This document shows positions 18,570-28,943 of a DNA stretch of 50,231 nt, in pieces. Numbering within the stretch: the stretch's first letter is position 1; each line of letters opens with the position of its first letter. Source of the stretch: an uncultured Lachnospiraceae bacterium (lineage in GTDB: Bacteria > Bacillota > Clostridia > Lachnospirales > Lachnospiraceae). A program made the translations under genes and the position numbers. Below the pieces are notes generated by a model. The model saw nothing but the letters and a program-made list of their open reading frames with translations, did no database searches and was not told where the DNA came from. The stretch lies in assembly GCA_964643255.1 (NCBI GenBank), contig CAZXSM010000005.1, positions 1-50,231 of the forward strand. Reading direction: 5' to 3'.

Positions 18570-18606
18570 AGGACGTATTTTGATATTCAAGATACGTCCT
18601 ATTTTA
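18570..18606 (+). terminator. Intrinsic terminator after frr
   Basis: AGGACGTAT (18570-18578) pairs with ATACGTCCT (18592-18600) and is followed by ATTTTA. Confidence 0.7.
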
Positions 18607-18727
18607 TAATAGATAATTAAAATATAATTAAGTATATTAATGAAGAATATTGTATAATAATAGTAGTAACAACAATCAAAATATAATTAGGAATAAGAGA
18701 TATTCATAAATATACATTTCGGAGGTT

Positions 18728-19456
18728 ATGATGGCAAGTAAAGATAAACTAGAGTCAATGAAGATTCCAGAACATCTGGCAATTATACTAGATGGAAATG
18801 GTAGATGGGCTAAAAAGCATAATAGACCAAGAAATTATGGTCATGTAAAGGGAAGTGAAAATGTTGAAACAATTTGTGAGGATGCTTATAATTTAGGTAT
18901 TAAGTATGTTACAATATATGCTTTTTCAACCGAAAACTGGAATCGTCCTAAAGAAGAAGTGGATTCTTTAATGGCTTTATTAGATGACTATTTGAAAAAA
19001 TCTATTAAAGAAAGTAAAAAGAATAATATGCGGGTTAGAGTCATTGGTGATATTACTGCCTTGTCGCCTAAAATGCAGAAAAACATACAAGACCTAGAAA
19101 AAGCTTCTAAGGATAATACGGGCTTAAACCTTCAAGTTGCCATTAATTATGGATCTAGAGACGAAATAATTAGAGGGATAGATAAATTAGCTAATGATTT
19201 AAATGATAAGAAGATTAGTGCTAATAGTATAAATCAAGAGCTTTTTGAAAAATATTTAGATACAGCTGGAATACCAGATCCTGATTTATTAATTAGAACA
19301 AGTGGAGAACAAAGACTATCAAACTTTTTATTATGGCAATTAGCATATGCGGAATTTTATTTTACAGATGTATATTGGCCAGACTTTGACAAGGATGAAC
19401 TTATTAAGGCTATTGAATTTTATAATAGTAGAGATAGAAGATTTGGTGGAGTATAG
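18728..19456 (+). CDS. uppS: Undecaprenyl diphosphate synthase (cis-prenyltransferase)
   Basis: The motifs are HLAIILDGNGRWA, FSTENWNRP and RTSGEQRLSNFLLWQ. Confidence 0.95.
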   Translation: MMASKDKLESMKIPEHLAIILDGNGRWAKKHNRPRNYGHVKGSENVETICEDAYNLGIKYVTIYAFSTENWNRPKEEVDSLMALLDDYLKKSIKESKKNNMRVRVIGDITALSPKMQKNIQDLEKASKDNTGLNLQVAINYGSRDEIIRGIDKLANDLNDKKISANSINQELFEKYLDTAGIPDPDLLIRTSGEQRLSNFLLWQLAYAEFYFTDVYWPDFDKDELIKAIEFYNSRDRRFGGV

Positions 19457-19469
19457 TCAGGGGGAATTT

Positions 19470-20267
19470 ATGTTTAAACAAAGACTTGTTGGAGCAGTTC
19501 TTGTATTTGCTCTTACTATAATACTTGTAGTTCTAGGTGGAGACTTTCTTTTTCTTGGGCTTTTAGCAATTTCATTAATAGGTATGATGGAACTTTACAG
19601 AGCAGTTAACCTGAATAAGACTGTTTTTGCTGTAATAGGATACATAGCATGCCTTACATATTACGGCTTTCTATACACAGGTATAGATAATTACTTGTTA
19701 CTATTTATTTTGTTTTTATTGTTATATTTGACTATTTATGTCATCTTATATCCTAAGTACAAGATAGAACAAGTATCTTATATGTTTGTAGGTTTATTCT
19801 ATGTTGCAATTATGATTAGCTATATATATAAAGTCCGTATGTTAGATAATGGTATCTATTTAGTTTGGTTGATTTTTATTGGTTCTTGGGCTAGTGATAC
19901 CTTTGCTTATTTAGTAGGTATGTTAATTGGTAAACGTAGATTTTTGCCTAATTTAAGTCCTAAGAAAACATTAGAAGGTTGTATTGGCGGAATACTTGGC
20001 GCAGGATTAATTGGTTTTTTATATGGATTAATTTTTGAAGGTCATTTCACAACCATTAATAATCCAAAAGTGGCTTTTGCCATTATAAGTGGATGTTCGA
20101 GTGTAATATCTCAATTAGGAGACTTAACTGCATCTGCAATTAAAAGAGACCATAATATTAAAGACTATGGCAAATTAATACCTGGTCATGGTGGAATATT
20201 AGATAGATTTGATAGTGTTATATTTGTGGCACCTATAGTATACTATCTAATTATTGTAATAGGTTAG
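19470..20267 (+). CDS. cdsA: Phosphatidate cytidylyltransferase
   Basis: It is a multi-TM protein with the CDS signature SQLGDLTASAIKRDHNIKDYG..PGHGGILDRFDS. ATG 19470 follows AGGGGGA, and the track start at 19347 overlaps uppS. Confidence 0.93.
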   Translation: MFKQRLVGAVLVFALTIILVVLGGDFLFLGLLAISLIGMMELYRAVNLNKTVFAVIGYIACLTYYGFLYTGIDNYLLLFILFLLLYLTIYVILYPKYKIEQVSYMFVGLFYVAIMISYIYKVRMLDNGIYLVWLIFIGSWASDTFAYLVGMLIGKRRFLPNLSPKKTLEGCIGGILGAGLIGFLYGLIFEGHFTTINNPKVAFAIISGCSSVISQLGDLTASAIKRDHNIKDYGKLIPGHGGILDRFDSVIFVAPIVYYLIIVIG

Positions 20268-20283
20268 GTTTTGGAGGTAACAA

Positions 20284-21438
20284 ATGAAGAATTTATCAAT
20301 ATTAGGTTCAACAGGTTCTATTGGAACTCAAACTCTAGATATTGTTAGAAATAATAATGATCTAAATGTAACAGCACTTAGTGCAAATGTTAATATAGAA
20401 CTATTAGAAAACCAAATTAGAGAATTCAATCCAGATATTGTTTGTGTGATGGATGAAGATAAAGGGAATGAATTAAGAAAAAAAGTAAAAGATTTAAATG
20501 TTAAGATTGTAACAGGCATGGAAGGTTTAATAGAATGTGCAACTTATAAAACCAGTCATATGGTTGTAACGGCAATAGTGGGAATGATAGGTATTTTACC
20601 AACCATCCATGCTATAAAAGCGAAAAAAGATATAGCTCTTGCCAATAAAGAAACTTTAGTTACTGCTGGACATATAATTATGCCCTTAGTTGAAGAATAT
20701 GGTGTTAATTTATATCCAGTTGATAGTGAGCATTCAGCTATATTTCAAGCTCTTAATGGAGAGAATATAAATAAGGTAAGTAGGATTATACTTACAGCAT
20801 CTGGTGGACCTTTTAGAGGTAAAACCAAAGAAGAATTAAAAAATGTAAAATTAGAAGACGCCTTAAATCACCCAAATTGGTCTATGGGAAAAAAAATCAC
20901 AATTGATTCTTCTACTTTAGTTAATAAAGGTTTAGAGGTAATAGAAGCCAAATGGCTATTTGGTGTGGATTTTGATCAAATAGAGGTTGTAATTCAACCC
21001 CAAAGCATTATTCACTCAGCTGTAGAGTTTATTGATGGTAGTATAATAGCACAGATGGGAACTCCAGATATGACCTTGCCAATTCAATATGCTATATATT
21101 ATCCTGAAAGGAAAAACTTGCCTGGTGAGAGAATTAATTTTTACCAATTAGGCAAAATAGACTTTGAAGAGCCAGATTATGAAACATTTCCAGCACTAGA
21201 CTTAGCATATAAGGTAGGTAAGATGAGTGGTAGTTTGCCTACTGTTTATAATGCAGCTAATGAGATAGCAGTAGAGATGTTTTTAAATAAAGAAATAGAA
21301 TATTTAGACATTGTCAAATTAATTGAAGAAGCAGTAAAAGTTCATAAATTAATTGATAATCCGACAGTAGAGCAAATTCTTAAATGTGAGCAAGAAACAT
21401 ATGATTATATAAAAATTCTTGTAAATAAAATGAAATAA
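20284..21438 (+). CDS. dxr: 1-deoxy-D-xylulose 5-phosphate reductoisomerase
   Basis: The motifs are ILGSTGSIGTQTLD, LANKE, PVDSEHSAIFQ and NHPNWSMG. Confidence 0.96.
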   Translation: MKNLSILGSTGSIGTQTLDIVRNNNDLNVTALSANVNIELLENQIREFNPDIVCVMDEDKGNELRKKVKDLNVKIVTGMEGLIECATYKTSHMVVTAIVGMIGILPTIHAIKAKKDIALANKETLVTAGHIIMPLVEEYGVNLYPVDSEHSAIFQALNGENINKVSRIILTASGGPFRGKTKEELKNVKLEDALNHPNWSMGKKITIDSSTLVNKGLEVIEAKWLFGVDFDQIEVVIQPQSIIHSAVEFIDGSIIAQMGTPDMTLPIQYAIYYPERKNLPGERINFYQLGKIDFEEPDYETFPALDLAYKVGKMSGSLPTVYNAANEIAVEMFLNKEIEYLDIVKLIEEAVKVHKLIDNPTVEQILKCEQETYDYIKILVNKMK

Positions 21439-21456
21439 AAATATTTGGAGGGCTAT

Positions 21457-22821
21457 ATGAACATAATTATAGCAGTATTAATTTTTGGTATCATAATATT
21501 GGTACACGAATTTGGACACTTTATATTAGCGAAAGTAAATGGTATATTTGTAACTGAATTTTCCTTAGGAATGGGCAAAAGGTTAATAAGTTTTGTTCCT
21601 ACAGATGATGGTTATAAATTTAAAGGATTTCTAACAGAGAATGAATTTGAAAAGTTTAGCAGGCCACTAGAGAACACTATATACTCTATTAAGTTATTAC
21701 CTTTTGGTGGTTCTTGTATGATGTTAGGTGAAGATGAAAGTTTAGAAGATGACAGAGCCTTTAACAAAAAAGGTGTATGGGCAAGAATTTCTGTTGTATT
21801 TGCAGGTGCTTTTTTCAACTTTATATTAGCTTTTGTTGTTGCTGCAGTGATTGTGGGTATCATTGGATATGATCCTGCGATTATTACAGGAGTAGCACAA
21901 GAATCAGCAGCAGACTTAGCAGGTTTACAAGAAGGCGATAAAATTTCTAAGATAAATAATAAAAACATATCTATAAGTAGAGAGGCTAATTCTTATTTTA
22001 TATTTAATGAATTAACTGATGAACCAGTCCATATAAGCTATGAAAGAGATAATAAAAAACATGAAATAGAATTAGCACCTCAATATAAAGAAAACTATAT
22101 ATTAGGATTTTCATACTTGCCAGATTCATCTCCAGCCAAAGTTGAAAGTTTGATTGAGGATTACCCTATGGAAAATGCTGGTATTGAGCTTGGAGATATA
22201 ATTACTAGTTATAATGGCACCCCTATTAATTCAGGGGAAGAGTTAGCAGACCACTTAGAAAACAATCCTCTTACTGAGGATATGGTAGAAATAGGTTATA
22301 CAAGAAATAGCGAGGAAAAGCTAGTTGAGGTAAAGCCTGAATATAACGGAGAAGGCTATGATATAGGCTATACCATTAGTTATGGATATGAAGAAGGAAG
22401 CTTTCTAGATGCAATTAAATATGGACTAGTGGAAGTGAAATTTAATATTTCAAATGTTTTTGAAAGTTTAAAAATGCTTGTATCAGGTAGGGCAGGTATG
22501 AATGATCTTGCTGGTCCTGTAGGTATTGTAAACATTATTGGAGACACCTATGAAGTTAGTAAGACAGGTGGAGCTCTTACAGTATTTATAAATCTTGCCA
22601 ATATGATGGTTATGTTAAGTGCAAATGTTGGTGTGATTAATCTTCTTCCTTTCCCTGCATTAGATGGTGGAAGACTTGTATTCCTATTTGTAGAAGCCGT
22701 TAGGAAAAAGCCAGTTCCTCCAGAGAAAGAAGGAATGGTTCACTTTGTGGGAATTATGGCCTTAATGCTTTTAATGGTTATAATCCTATTTAATGATGTT
22801 AGAAGAATACTGCCTTTTTAA
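21457..22821 (+). CDS. rseP: RIP (site-2) zinc metalloprotease, M50 family, with PDZ domains
   Basis: It has HEFGHF near the N-terminus and NLLPFPALDGG in the C-terminal TM region. ATG 21457 follows GGAGGG. Confidence 0.93.
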   Translation: MNIIIAVLIFGIIILVHEFGHFILAKVNGIFVTEFSLGMGKRLISFVPTDDGYKFKGFLTENEFEKFSRPLENTIYSIKLLPFGGSCMMLGEDESLEDDRAFNKKGVWARISVVFAGAFFNFILAFVVAAVIVGIIGYDPAIITGVAQESAADLAGLQEGDKISKINNKNISISREANSYFIFNELTDEPVHISYERDNKKHEIELAPQYKENYILGFSYLPDSSPAKVESLIEDYPMENAGIELGDIITSYNGTPINSGEELADHLENNPLTEDMVEIGYTRNSEEKLVEVKPEYNGEGYDIGYTISYGYEEGSFLDAIKYGLVEVKFNISNVFESLKMLVSGRAGMNDLAGPVGIVNIIGDTYEVSKTGGALTVFINLANMMVMLSANVGVINLLPFPALDGGRLVFLFVEAVRKKPVPPEKEGMVHFVGIMALMLLMVIILFNDVRRILPF

Positions 22822-22857
22822 CCTTTGGAATCTGATTTGTTAAAGGAGGTCTATGAT

Positions 22858-23925
22858 ATGGCAAAACTTAGAGAAAACACAAGAGAGATAAGAATTGGTG
22901 ACAAGGTCTTAGGCGGTAGGAACCCAATTCTTATCCAATCTATGACTAATACAAAAACACATAATGTAGAAGAAACGGTTAAGCAGATTATTGAGCTTGA
23001 AGAAGTTGGATGCGATATTATCAGGTGTGCGGTTCCTAATATGGAAGCAGCTGAAGCTATTAAGGAAATCAAGAAACAAATCCATATTCCTCTTGTTGCG
23101 GATATTCATTTTGACTACCGTCTTGCAATAGCTGCCATGGAAAATGGTGCAGATAAAATACGCATTAATCCTGGCAATATTGGAAGTAATGAAAAGGTAA
23201 GGGCAATTGTTGACCTAGCTAAGGAAAAGAATATCCCAATTAGAGTTGGAGTTAATAGTGGTTCATTAGAGAAGAATATTAGAGAAAAATATAATGGAGT
23301 AACACCACAAGGTATTGTAGAAAGTGCTCTTGATAAAGTTGAATTAATAGAAAGTATGGGATATGACAATTTAGTAATAAGCATTAAATCATCTGATGTT
23401 TTAATGAGTATTGAAGCCCATAAGCTTATAGCTAAAGAGACCGACTATCCCCTACATATTGGAATTACTGAATCAGGGACCCCCTATTCTGGTAATATTA
23501 AATCAGCTGTAGGTCTAGGAATTATACTTTATGAAGGTATCGGCAACACCATCCGTGTTTCCTTATCAGGAGCCCCAAAAGAAGAAATCAAATCAGCAAA
23601 ACTAATTCTTAAAAATCTCAATCTTCGAAAAGGAGGAGTGGATTTAATTTCATGCCCAACTTGTGGAAGAACTGAAATTGATTTAATTAGCCTTGCAGAA
23701 GAGGTTGAAGATATGGTTCAAGATATTGATCTTGATATCAAGGTTGCTGTAATGGGATGTGCTGTAAATGGACCAGGTGAGGCAAAAGAAGCTGACATAG
23801 GAATTGCTGGTGGAAAAGGTCAAGGTATTCTTATTAAACATGGACAAATTATTAGGAAGGTAGCAGAAGATGAATTGCTTAACACTTTAAGACAAGAATT
23901 ACTGAAAATGAAAGAGGAGCAATAA
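22858..23925 (+). CDS. ispG: 4-hydroxy-3-methylbut-2-enyl diphosphate synthase (flavodoxin)
   Basis: The motifs are IQSMTNT, VADIHFDY, CPTCGR and GCAVNGPGE. ATG 22858 follows AAGGAGG. Confidence 0.95.
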   Translation: MAKLRENTREIRIGDKVLGGRNPILIQSMTNTKTHNVEETVKQIIELEEVGCDIIRCAVPNMEAAEAIKEIKKQIHIPLVADIHFDYRLAIAAMENGADKIRINPGNIGSNEKVRAIVDLAKEKNIPIRVGVNSGSLEKNIREKYNGVTPQGIVESALDKVELIESMGYDNLVISIKSSDVLMSIEAHKLIAKETDYPLHIGITESGTPYSGNIKSAVGLGIILYEGIGNTIRVSLSGAPKEEIKSAKLILKNLNLRKGGVDLISCPTCGRTEIDLISLAEEVEDMVQDIDLDIKVAVMGCAVNGPGEAKEADIGIAGGKGQGILIKHGQIIRKVAEDELLNTLRQELLKMKEEQ

Positions 23926-26900
23926 TGAGTAATGAATCTAAGTTAATGTTTTTTGAAGTATTTGAAGAGTTAAAGGGACCAAGAGATATTACTGAACTAT
24001 TTGAGCAAGTTATAGTTGAAAGAGTAGTTGTATCCAATGCTGAATCTTTACTTAAAATATACATTAACAGCCAACATTTAATTAGTAATAAGAAAATTAA
24101 AACAATGGAGTATCAATTACATAAGCAATTATTTCCTTTCCTTTCAGTAACAATATTGGAGAAATACACCTTATCTGAACAATACACACCAGAGAAACTT
24201 ATGGAAATTTATAAGGATTCTTTGTTAGATGAATTCAAGGATAGGAGTATTCTTGAATATAATATATTAAAACATTCTGAGATAGATTGCTATGATGGAA
24301 ACATATTCTGTTTTAATGTTGTGGATAACTTTCTATATAAAAATGTTTGCCCAGACCTTGCTGATTATCTTACATATATATTTAAATCTAGGTTTAATTT
24401 TGATATTCAGATTACATACAAATATTATAAACCTAAGGAAGACAATCAAGAAAGCAAGGCAAGAAGTGTAAGCATTGAAGAAATTAGAAGTCAAAGACTT
24501 AATGATTCTAATGTTAATCTAGATAGTAATGCGGATAAAAATATAGGATCTACTAGTACAGACCAAGTAAAAGAAAGTACAAGTACTAAGAAAACAAAAA
24601 CAAATATAGTTAAGTCTCCAAAGATAGGTAGACAAGCCCAGCCTTCTTATCTTAGGAATACTAAAGACCCAGATGTGTTCTATGGTAGGGGCTTTGATGG
24701 AGAAACTACCCCTATTACATATATCCAAGATGAAATAGGTGAAGTTATAATTAGGGGTAAAATACTCAATATAGATACAAGAGATATCCGTAATAACAAA
24801 ACAATTGTAATGTTTTCAGTTACTGACTTTACAGATTCAATCTCATGTAAGGTTTTTATTAACACAGATGAGGTGCCTATATTATTAGAGACAATAAAGA
24901 AAGCTAATTATATTAAAATCAAGGGTCTTGCCCGTTATGATAAATATGATAAAGAAATTACAATAGCTTCAATATCTGGAATGAAGACTATTCCTGATTT
25001 TTCAGAAATCAGAAAAGATACTAGTGAAGAAAAAAGAGTAGAACTTCATGCCCATACTAAAATGAGTGATATGGATGCTGTTGTATGTGTTAAGGATTTG
25101 ATTAAAAGGGCTTTTGATTGGGGTCATAAGGCTGTTGCTATAACTGACCATGGAGTTGTTCAATCATTTCCAGAGGCTCCTTATGCCCTAAATAAAAAGG
25201 ATTACCCAGAGTCAGAATGGAAGAGGCTGGAGGAATTTAAGGTTATATATGGAGTTGAGGCATATTTAGTAGATGATTTAAAATCAGTAACTAGTAATTC
25301 TAAAAATCAAAGCTTAGACGATCCTTATGTTGTATTTGATATAGAGACAACTGGATTTAGTTCAAAAAATAATCGTATAATTGAAATTGGTGGTGTAAAG
25401 ATTGAAAATGGATTAATAACTGATAGATTTTCTTCCTTTGTCAATCCTAAAACTCCTATACCTTTTGAAATAGAGAAATTAACTGGTATAAGTGATGATA
25501 TGGTTATAGGTCAGCCAACAATTGATGTAGTTTTACCTGAATTTTTGGACTTTTGTAAAGGATGTGTTTTAGTAGCCCACAATGCTACCTTTGATATGGG
25601 ATTTATCAGGGAAAACGCAGATAGAATTCAAATACCTATTAATCATACTTCTCTTGATACAGTGGGGCTTGCAAGACTTTTAATTCCAAATTTAAATAAT
25701 TATAGGTTAAACACTGTTGCAAAACACTTTAATATATCTTTGGAAAACCATCACAGGGCTGTAGATGATGCCAATGCTACAGCAGAGATTTTTTTAGAGT
25801 TCATTGATATACTGAAAGAAAAGGGTGTTAAAACCTTAAATGATATTGATGTACTTGATAAAGTATCTGCAGATGTAATTAAGAAGATGCCTACATATCA
25901 TTCCATTATCTTAGCAAAAAGCGAAATAGGAAGAGTAAACTTATATACGCTAATTTCAAAGTCTCATATAGAATACTATAGCAGAAGACCACGTATTCCT
26001 AAAAGTGTCTATATGAAGTATAGTGAAGGATTAATTATTGGAACTGCTTGTGAAGCAGGAGAGCTTTATTCAGCAATACTTAAAGGTCAAAGTGCAAATG
26101 AAGTAGACAGGTTAGCAAGGTTTTATGATTATTTTGAGATCCAACCTCTTGGAAACAATAACTTTATGATTGGTAATGATAGGTATGATGTTAATTCTGA
26201 AGAAGACTTAAAAGATATTAACCGCAAAATTGTTAATCTAGGTGAAGAATATAACAAACCTGTAGTTGCAACTGGAGATGTTCATTTTCTAGATCCAGAA
26301 GATGAACAATACAGAAGAATAATTATGGCGGGTAAAGGATTCAAAGATGCAGATTCACAGCCACCTTTATATTTTAAAACCACTGATGAAATGCTTAAAG
26401 AATTTGATTATTTAGGAAAAGAAAAAGCAAAGGAAGTTGTTATTACTAATCCTAACAAGATTGCAGACCAAATAGATTATATAAGTCCTGTTAGACCGGA
26501 CAAGTGTCCACCTGTGATTGAGAATTCCGAGAAAATGCTTAGAGAATTATGTTATGAGAAAGCACATGAAATGTATGGACCAAACTTACCTAAGATAGTT
26601 GAAGAGAGATTAGAAAAAGAATTAAATTCTATTATTAATAATGGTTATTCGGTTATGTATATAATTTCTCAAAAACTAGTAAAGAAATCTAATGAAGATG
26701 GTTATTTAGTTGGTTCAAGGGGTTCAGTAGGATCGTCCTTTGCTGCGACAATGTCTGGAATTACTGAGGTTAATCCTTTGCCAGCACATTATTATTGTTC
26801 AAATTGTCATTATCATGATTTTGATTCAGATGAGGTAAAAGAGTATGCTGGAATGTCTGGTTATGATATGCCAGATAAAAATTGTCCAGACTGTAATGAA

Positions 26901-28403
26901 CCTCTCAACAAAGATGGACATGATATACCCTTTGAAACATTTCTTGGATTTGACGGAACTAAAGAGCCTGATATTGACCTTAACTTCTCCGGTGAATATC
27001 AAGCAAGAGCTCATGAGTACACAGAAGAGATATTTGGCGAGGGTCATACATTTCGTGCAGGTACTATTGGTACTATGGCTGAGCGAACTGCATTTGGCTA
27101 TGTGATGAATTATTATGAAGAAAGAGAAAGTCAGAAAAGAAAACCTGAAATTGACCGAATCTTATCAGGTTGTGTAGGAGTAAGAAGGTCAACAGGTCAA
27201 CATCCAGGTGGAATTATAGTACTACCTCATGGGGAAGATATTAATTCCTTTACACCAGTACAAAGACCTGCTAATGACATGAAAACCAATATTATAACAA
27301 CTCATTTTGACTATCACTCAATAGAACATAATTTACTAAAGCTTGATATACTTGGTCATGATGATCCTACAATGATTAAAATGTTACAAGACTTGACAGG
27401 GCTAAATCCTCTTTCAATTAAATTTGATGATGAAGAAGTCCTTACACTCTTTACTAGTACTAAAGCACTTGGAGTTACAGCAAATGACCTAATGGGAACA
27501 GACCTTGGGTCACTAGGTGTTCCTGAGTTTGGTACAGAATTTGTTATGCAAATGCTTAGAGATACAAAGCCAACAACTTTCTCAGAATTAGTTAGAATAT
27601 CAGGTTTATCCCATGGAACAGATGTGTGGTTAAATAATGCTCAGATTCTTATAGGAGAAGGAAAATGTACTCTATCAACTGCCATATGTACTAGGGACGA
27701 CATAATGACATATTTAATCAATAAGGGCGTGGAAAGTAGCATGGCCTTTAAAATAATGGAATTTGTTCGTAAGGGCAGGGGAGTAACTCCTGAAATGGAA
27801 GAGGCCATGATAGAGGCTGATGTTCCAGACTGGTATATTTGGTCATGTAAAAGAATAAAATACATGTTTCCAAAAGCCCATGCTGTTGCTTATGTTATGA
27901 TGGCTTTTAGAATTGCATATTACAAAGTTCATTATCCTTTGGCTTATTATACGGCATATTTTAGTATACGAGCTACTGCTTTTAACTATGAGGCTATGTG
28001 TCTGGGACAAGAACGGGTTGAAATGCACATTACAGAACTTAATAAGAGGCACAATGAGCTTACTAAGAAAGAGCAAGATACCTTGCGAGATTTAAAGATT
28101 GTTCAAGAAATGTATGCTAGGGGCTATGAGTTTATGCCAATTGATATATTTACTGCTAAGGCAAAAGAGTTCCAGATTATTGATGGAAAGATTATGCCAT
28201 CTTTTGATTCTATTGATGGGCTTGGAGAAAAAGCAGCAGTTCAAGTGGTAGAAGCGGCCAAGGATGGCCCATTTACCTCTTTGGAGGACTTTAAAAACAG
28301 AAGTAGGGTAAGTGGTACTGTTGTTGAAGCAATGGCCAGGATGGACCTATTTGGGGAATTGCCGGAGACTGATCAAATATCAATATTAGACTATTTGAAT
28401 TAA
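23925..28403 (+). CDS. polC: DNA polymerase III alpha subunit, PolC type
   Basis: This 1492-aa protein has the PHP motif HAHTKMSDMD and an inserted DEDDh exonuclease (FDIETTG, HNATFDMGF, HRAVDDA). The Zn-finger region is CSNCHY...CPDC. Its start overlaps the ispG stop (TAATG). Confidence 0.97.
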   Translation: MSNESKLMFFEVFEELKGPRDITELFEQVIVERVVVSNAESLLKIYINSQHLISNKKIKTMEYQLHKQLFPFLSVTILEKYTLSEQYTPEKLMEIYKDSLLDEFKDRSILEYNILKHSEIDCYDGNIFCFNVVDNFLYKNVCPDLADYLTYIFKSRFNFDIQITYKYYKPKEDNQESKARSVSIEEIRSQRLNDSNVNLDSNADKNIGSTSTDQVKESTSTKKTKTNIVKSPKIGRQAQPSYLRNTKDPDVFYGRGFDGETTPITYIQDEIGEVIIRGKILNIDTRDIRNNKTIVMFSVTDFTDSISCKVFINTDEVPILLETIKKANYIKIKGLARYDKYDKEITIASISGMKTIPDFSEIRKDTSEEKRVELHAHTKMSDMDAVVCVKDLIKRAFDWGHKAVAITDHGVVQSFPEAPYALNKKDYPESEWKRLEEFKVIYGVEAYLVDDLKSVTSNSKNQSLDDPYVVFDIETTGFSSKNNRIIEIGGVKIENGLITDRFSSFVNPKTPIPFEIEKLTGISDDMVIGQPTIDVVLPEFLDFCKGCVLVAHNATFDMGFIRENADRIQIPINHTSLDTVGLARLLIPNLNNYRLNTVAKHFNISLENHHRAVDDANATAEIFLEFIDILKEKGVKTLNDIDVLDKVSADVIKKMPTYHSIILAKSEIGRVNLYTLISKSHIEYYSRRPRIPKSVYMKYSEGLIIGTACEAGELYSAILKGQSANEVDRLARFYDYFEIQPLGNNNFMIGNDRYDVNSEEDLKDINRKIVNLGEEYNKPVVATGDVHFLDPEDEQYRRIIMAGKGFKDADSQPPLYFKTTDEMLKEFDYLGKEKAKEVVITNPNKIADQIDYISPVRPDKCPPVIENSEKMLRELCYEKAHEMYGPNLPKIVEERLEKELNSIINNGYSVMYIISQKLVKKSNEDGYLVGSRGSVGSSFAATMSGITEVNPLPAHYYCSNCHYHDFDSDEVKEYAGMSGYDMPDKNCPDCNEPLNKDGHDIPFETFLGFDGTKEPDIDLNFSGEYQARAHEYTEEIFGEGHTFRAGTIGTMAERTAFGYVMNYYEERESQKRKPEIDRILSGCVGVRRSTGQHPGGIIVLPHGEDINSFTPVQRPANDMKTNIITTHFDYHSIEHNLLKLDILGHDDPTMIKMLQDLTGLNPLSIKFDDEEVLTLFTSTKALGVTANDLMGTDLGSLGVPEFGTEFVMQMLRDTKPTTFSELVRISGLSHGTDVWLNNAQILIGEGKCTLSTAICTRDDIMTYLINKGVESSMAFKIMEFVRKGRGVTPEMEEAMIEADVPDWYIWSCKRIKYMFPKAHAVAYVMMAFRIAYYKVHYPLAYYTAYFSIRATAFNYEAMCLGQERVEMHITELNKRHNELTKKEQDTLRDLKIVQEMYARGYEFMPIDIFTAKAKEFQIIDGKIMPSFDSIDGLGEKAAVQVVEAAKDGPFTSLEDFKNRSRVSGTVVEAMARMDLFGELPETDQISILDYLN

Positions 28404-28716
28404 CTATGGTGTGAGCTCGAGATAAACAAGCTGGCAGTATACCATCATGCCTCTTTGTTATTCTTTAGTAGGAAGAAAACCTACGACACCATCCTGATAC
28501 TTTGTTTTTCTCTAATGATTTGATGATTTTGTGAGAATATTTGTTTTAAAAAAGATAATTCTTATGAAAAAGTCTGAGTTTTGGACTAAAGATTTGTGAT
28601 AATAAACTTATTTCTATTATATAAGCTTTTTAATATAGTATATTTATTGCTTATAAGGGAAATATATATTTATATTTGGTGTAAGTGATGAAAGATTATT
28701 AGTTATTGCTTTAATA

Positions 28717-28745
28717 TTTACAAAGTAGTTACTAATTGTTAAAAT
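28717..28745 (+). promoter_or_regulatory. Candidate sigma-A promoter of pflB-pflA
   Basis: TTTACA (28717-28722), a 17-nt spacer and an extended -10 element, TGtTAAAAT (28737-28745). A second candidate is TTGAAA-N17-TAGAAT at 28794-28822. Confidence 0.4.
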
Positions 28746-28753
28746 ATTAACGA
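28736..28753 (+). promoter_or_regulatory. Candidate Rex (redox-sensing repressor) operator
   Basis: TTGTTAA-AATA-TTAACGA has one mismatch to the clostridial Rex consensus TTGTTAANNNNTTAACAA. It overlaps the -10 of the candidate promoter. Confidence 0.45.
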
Positions 28754-28943
28754 TGATTGCTTTATGTAAAATATAGAATTAGTATTAAGAGTATTGAAAT
28801 TTATTAAAAAATGGTTTAGAATGTATGTGTAATTCAATTCGTAGTAATGCACTGGGAATTGAAATAAATTGTATTATTATTATTGTGTTTTTTATATTTA
28901 ACTGTTTATTAAAGATAAATTTATTTATAAAAGTGGAGGGCAA

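Noticed and set aside
3499-27865. Numerous 60-135-aa ORFs nested within or antisense to large conserved genes. Examples are 3499..3720, 7820..8026, 10858..11136, 12957..13238, 21612..21968, 23115..23384, 26845..27105, 32871..33278, 34351..34602 and 35221..35481.
   Set aside because: Each lies entirely inside a motif-supported housekeeping CDS. None has an RBS or a recognisable domain, and all are typical frame-shadow ORFs.
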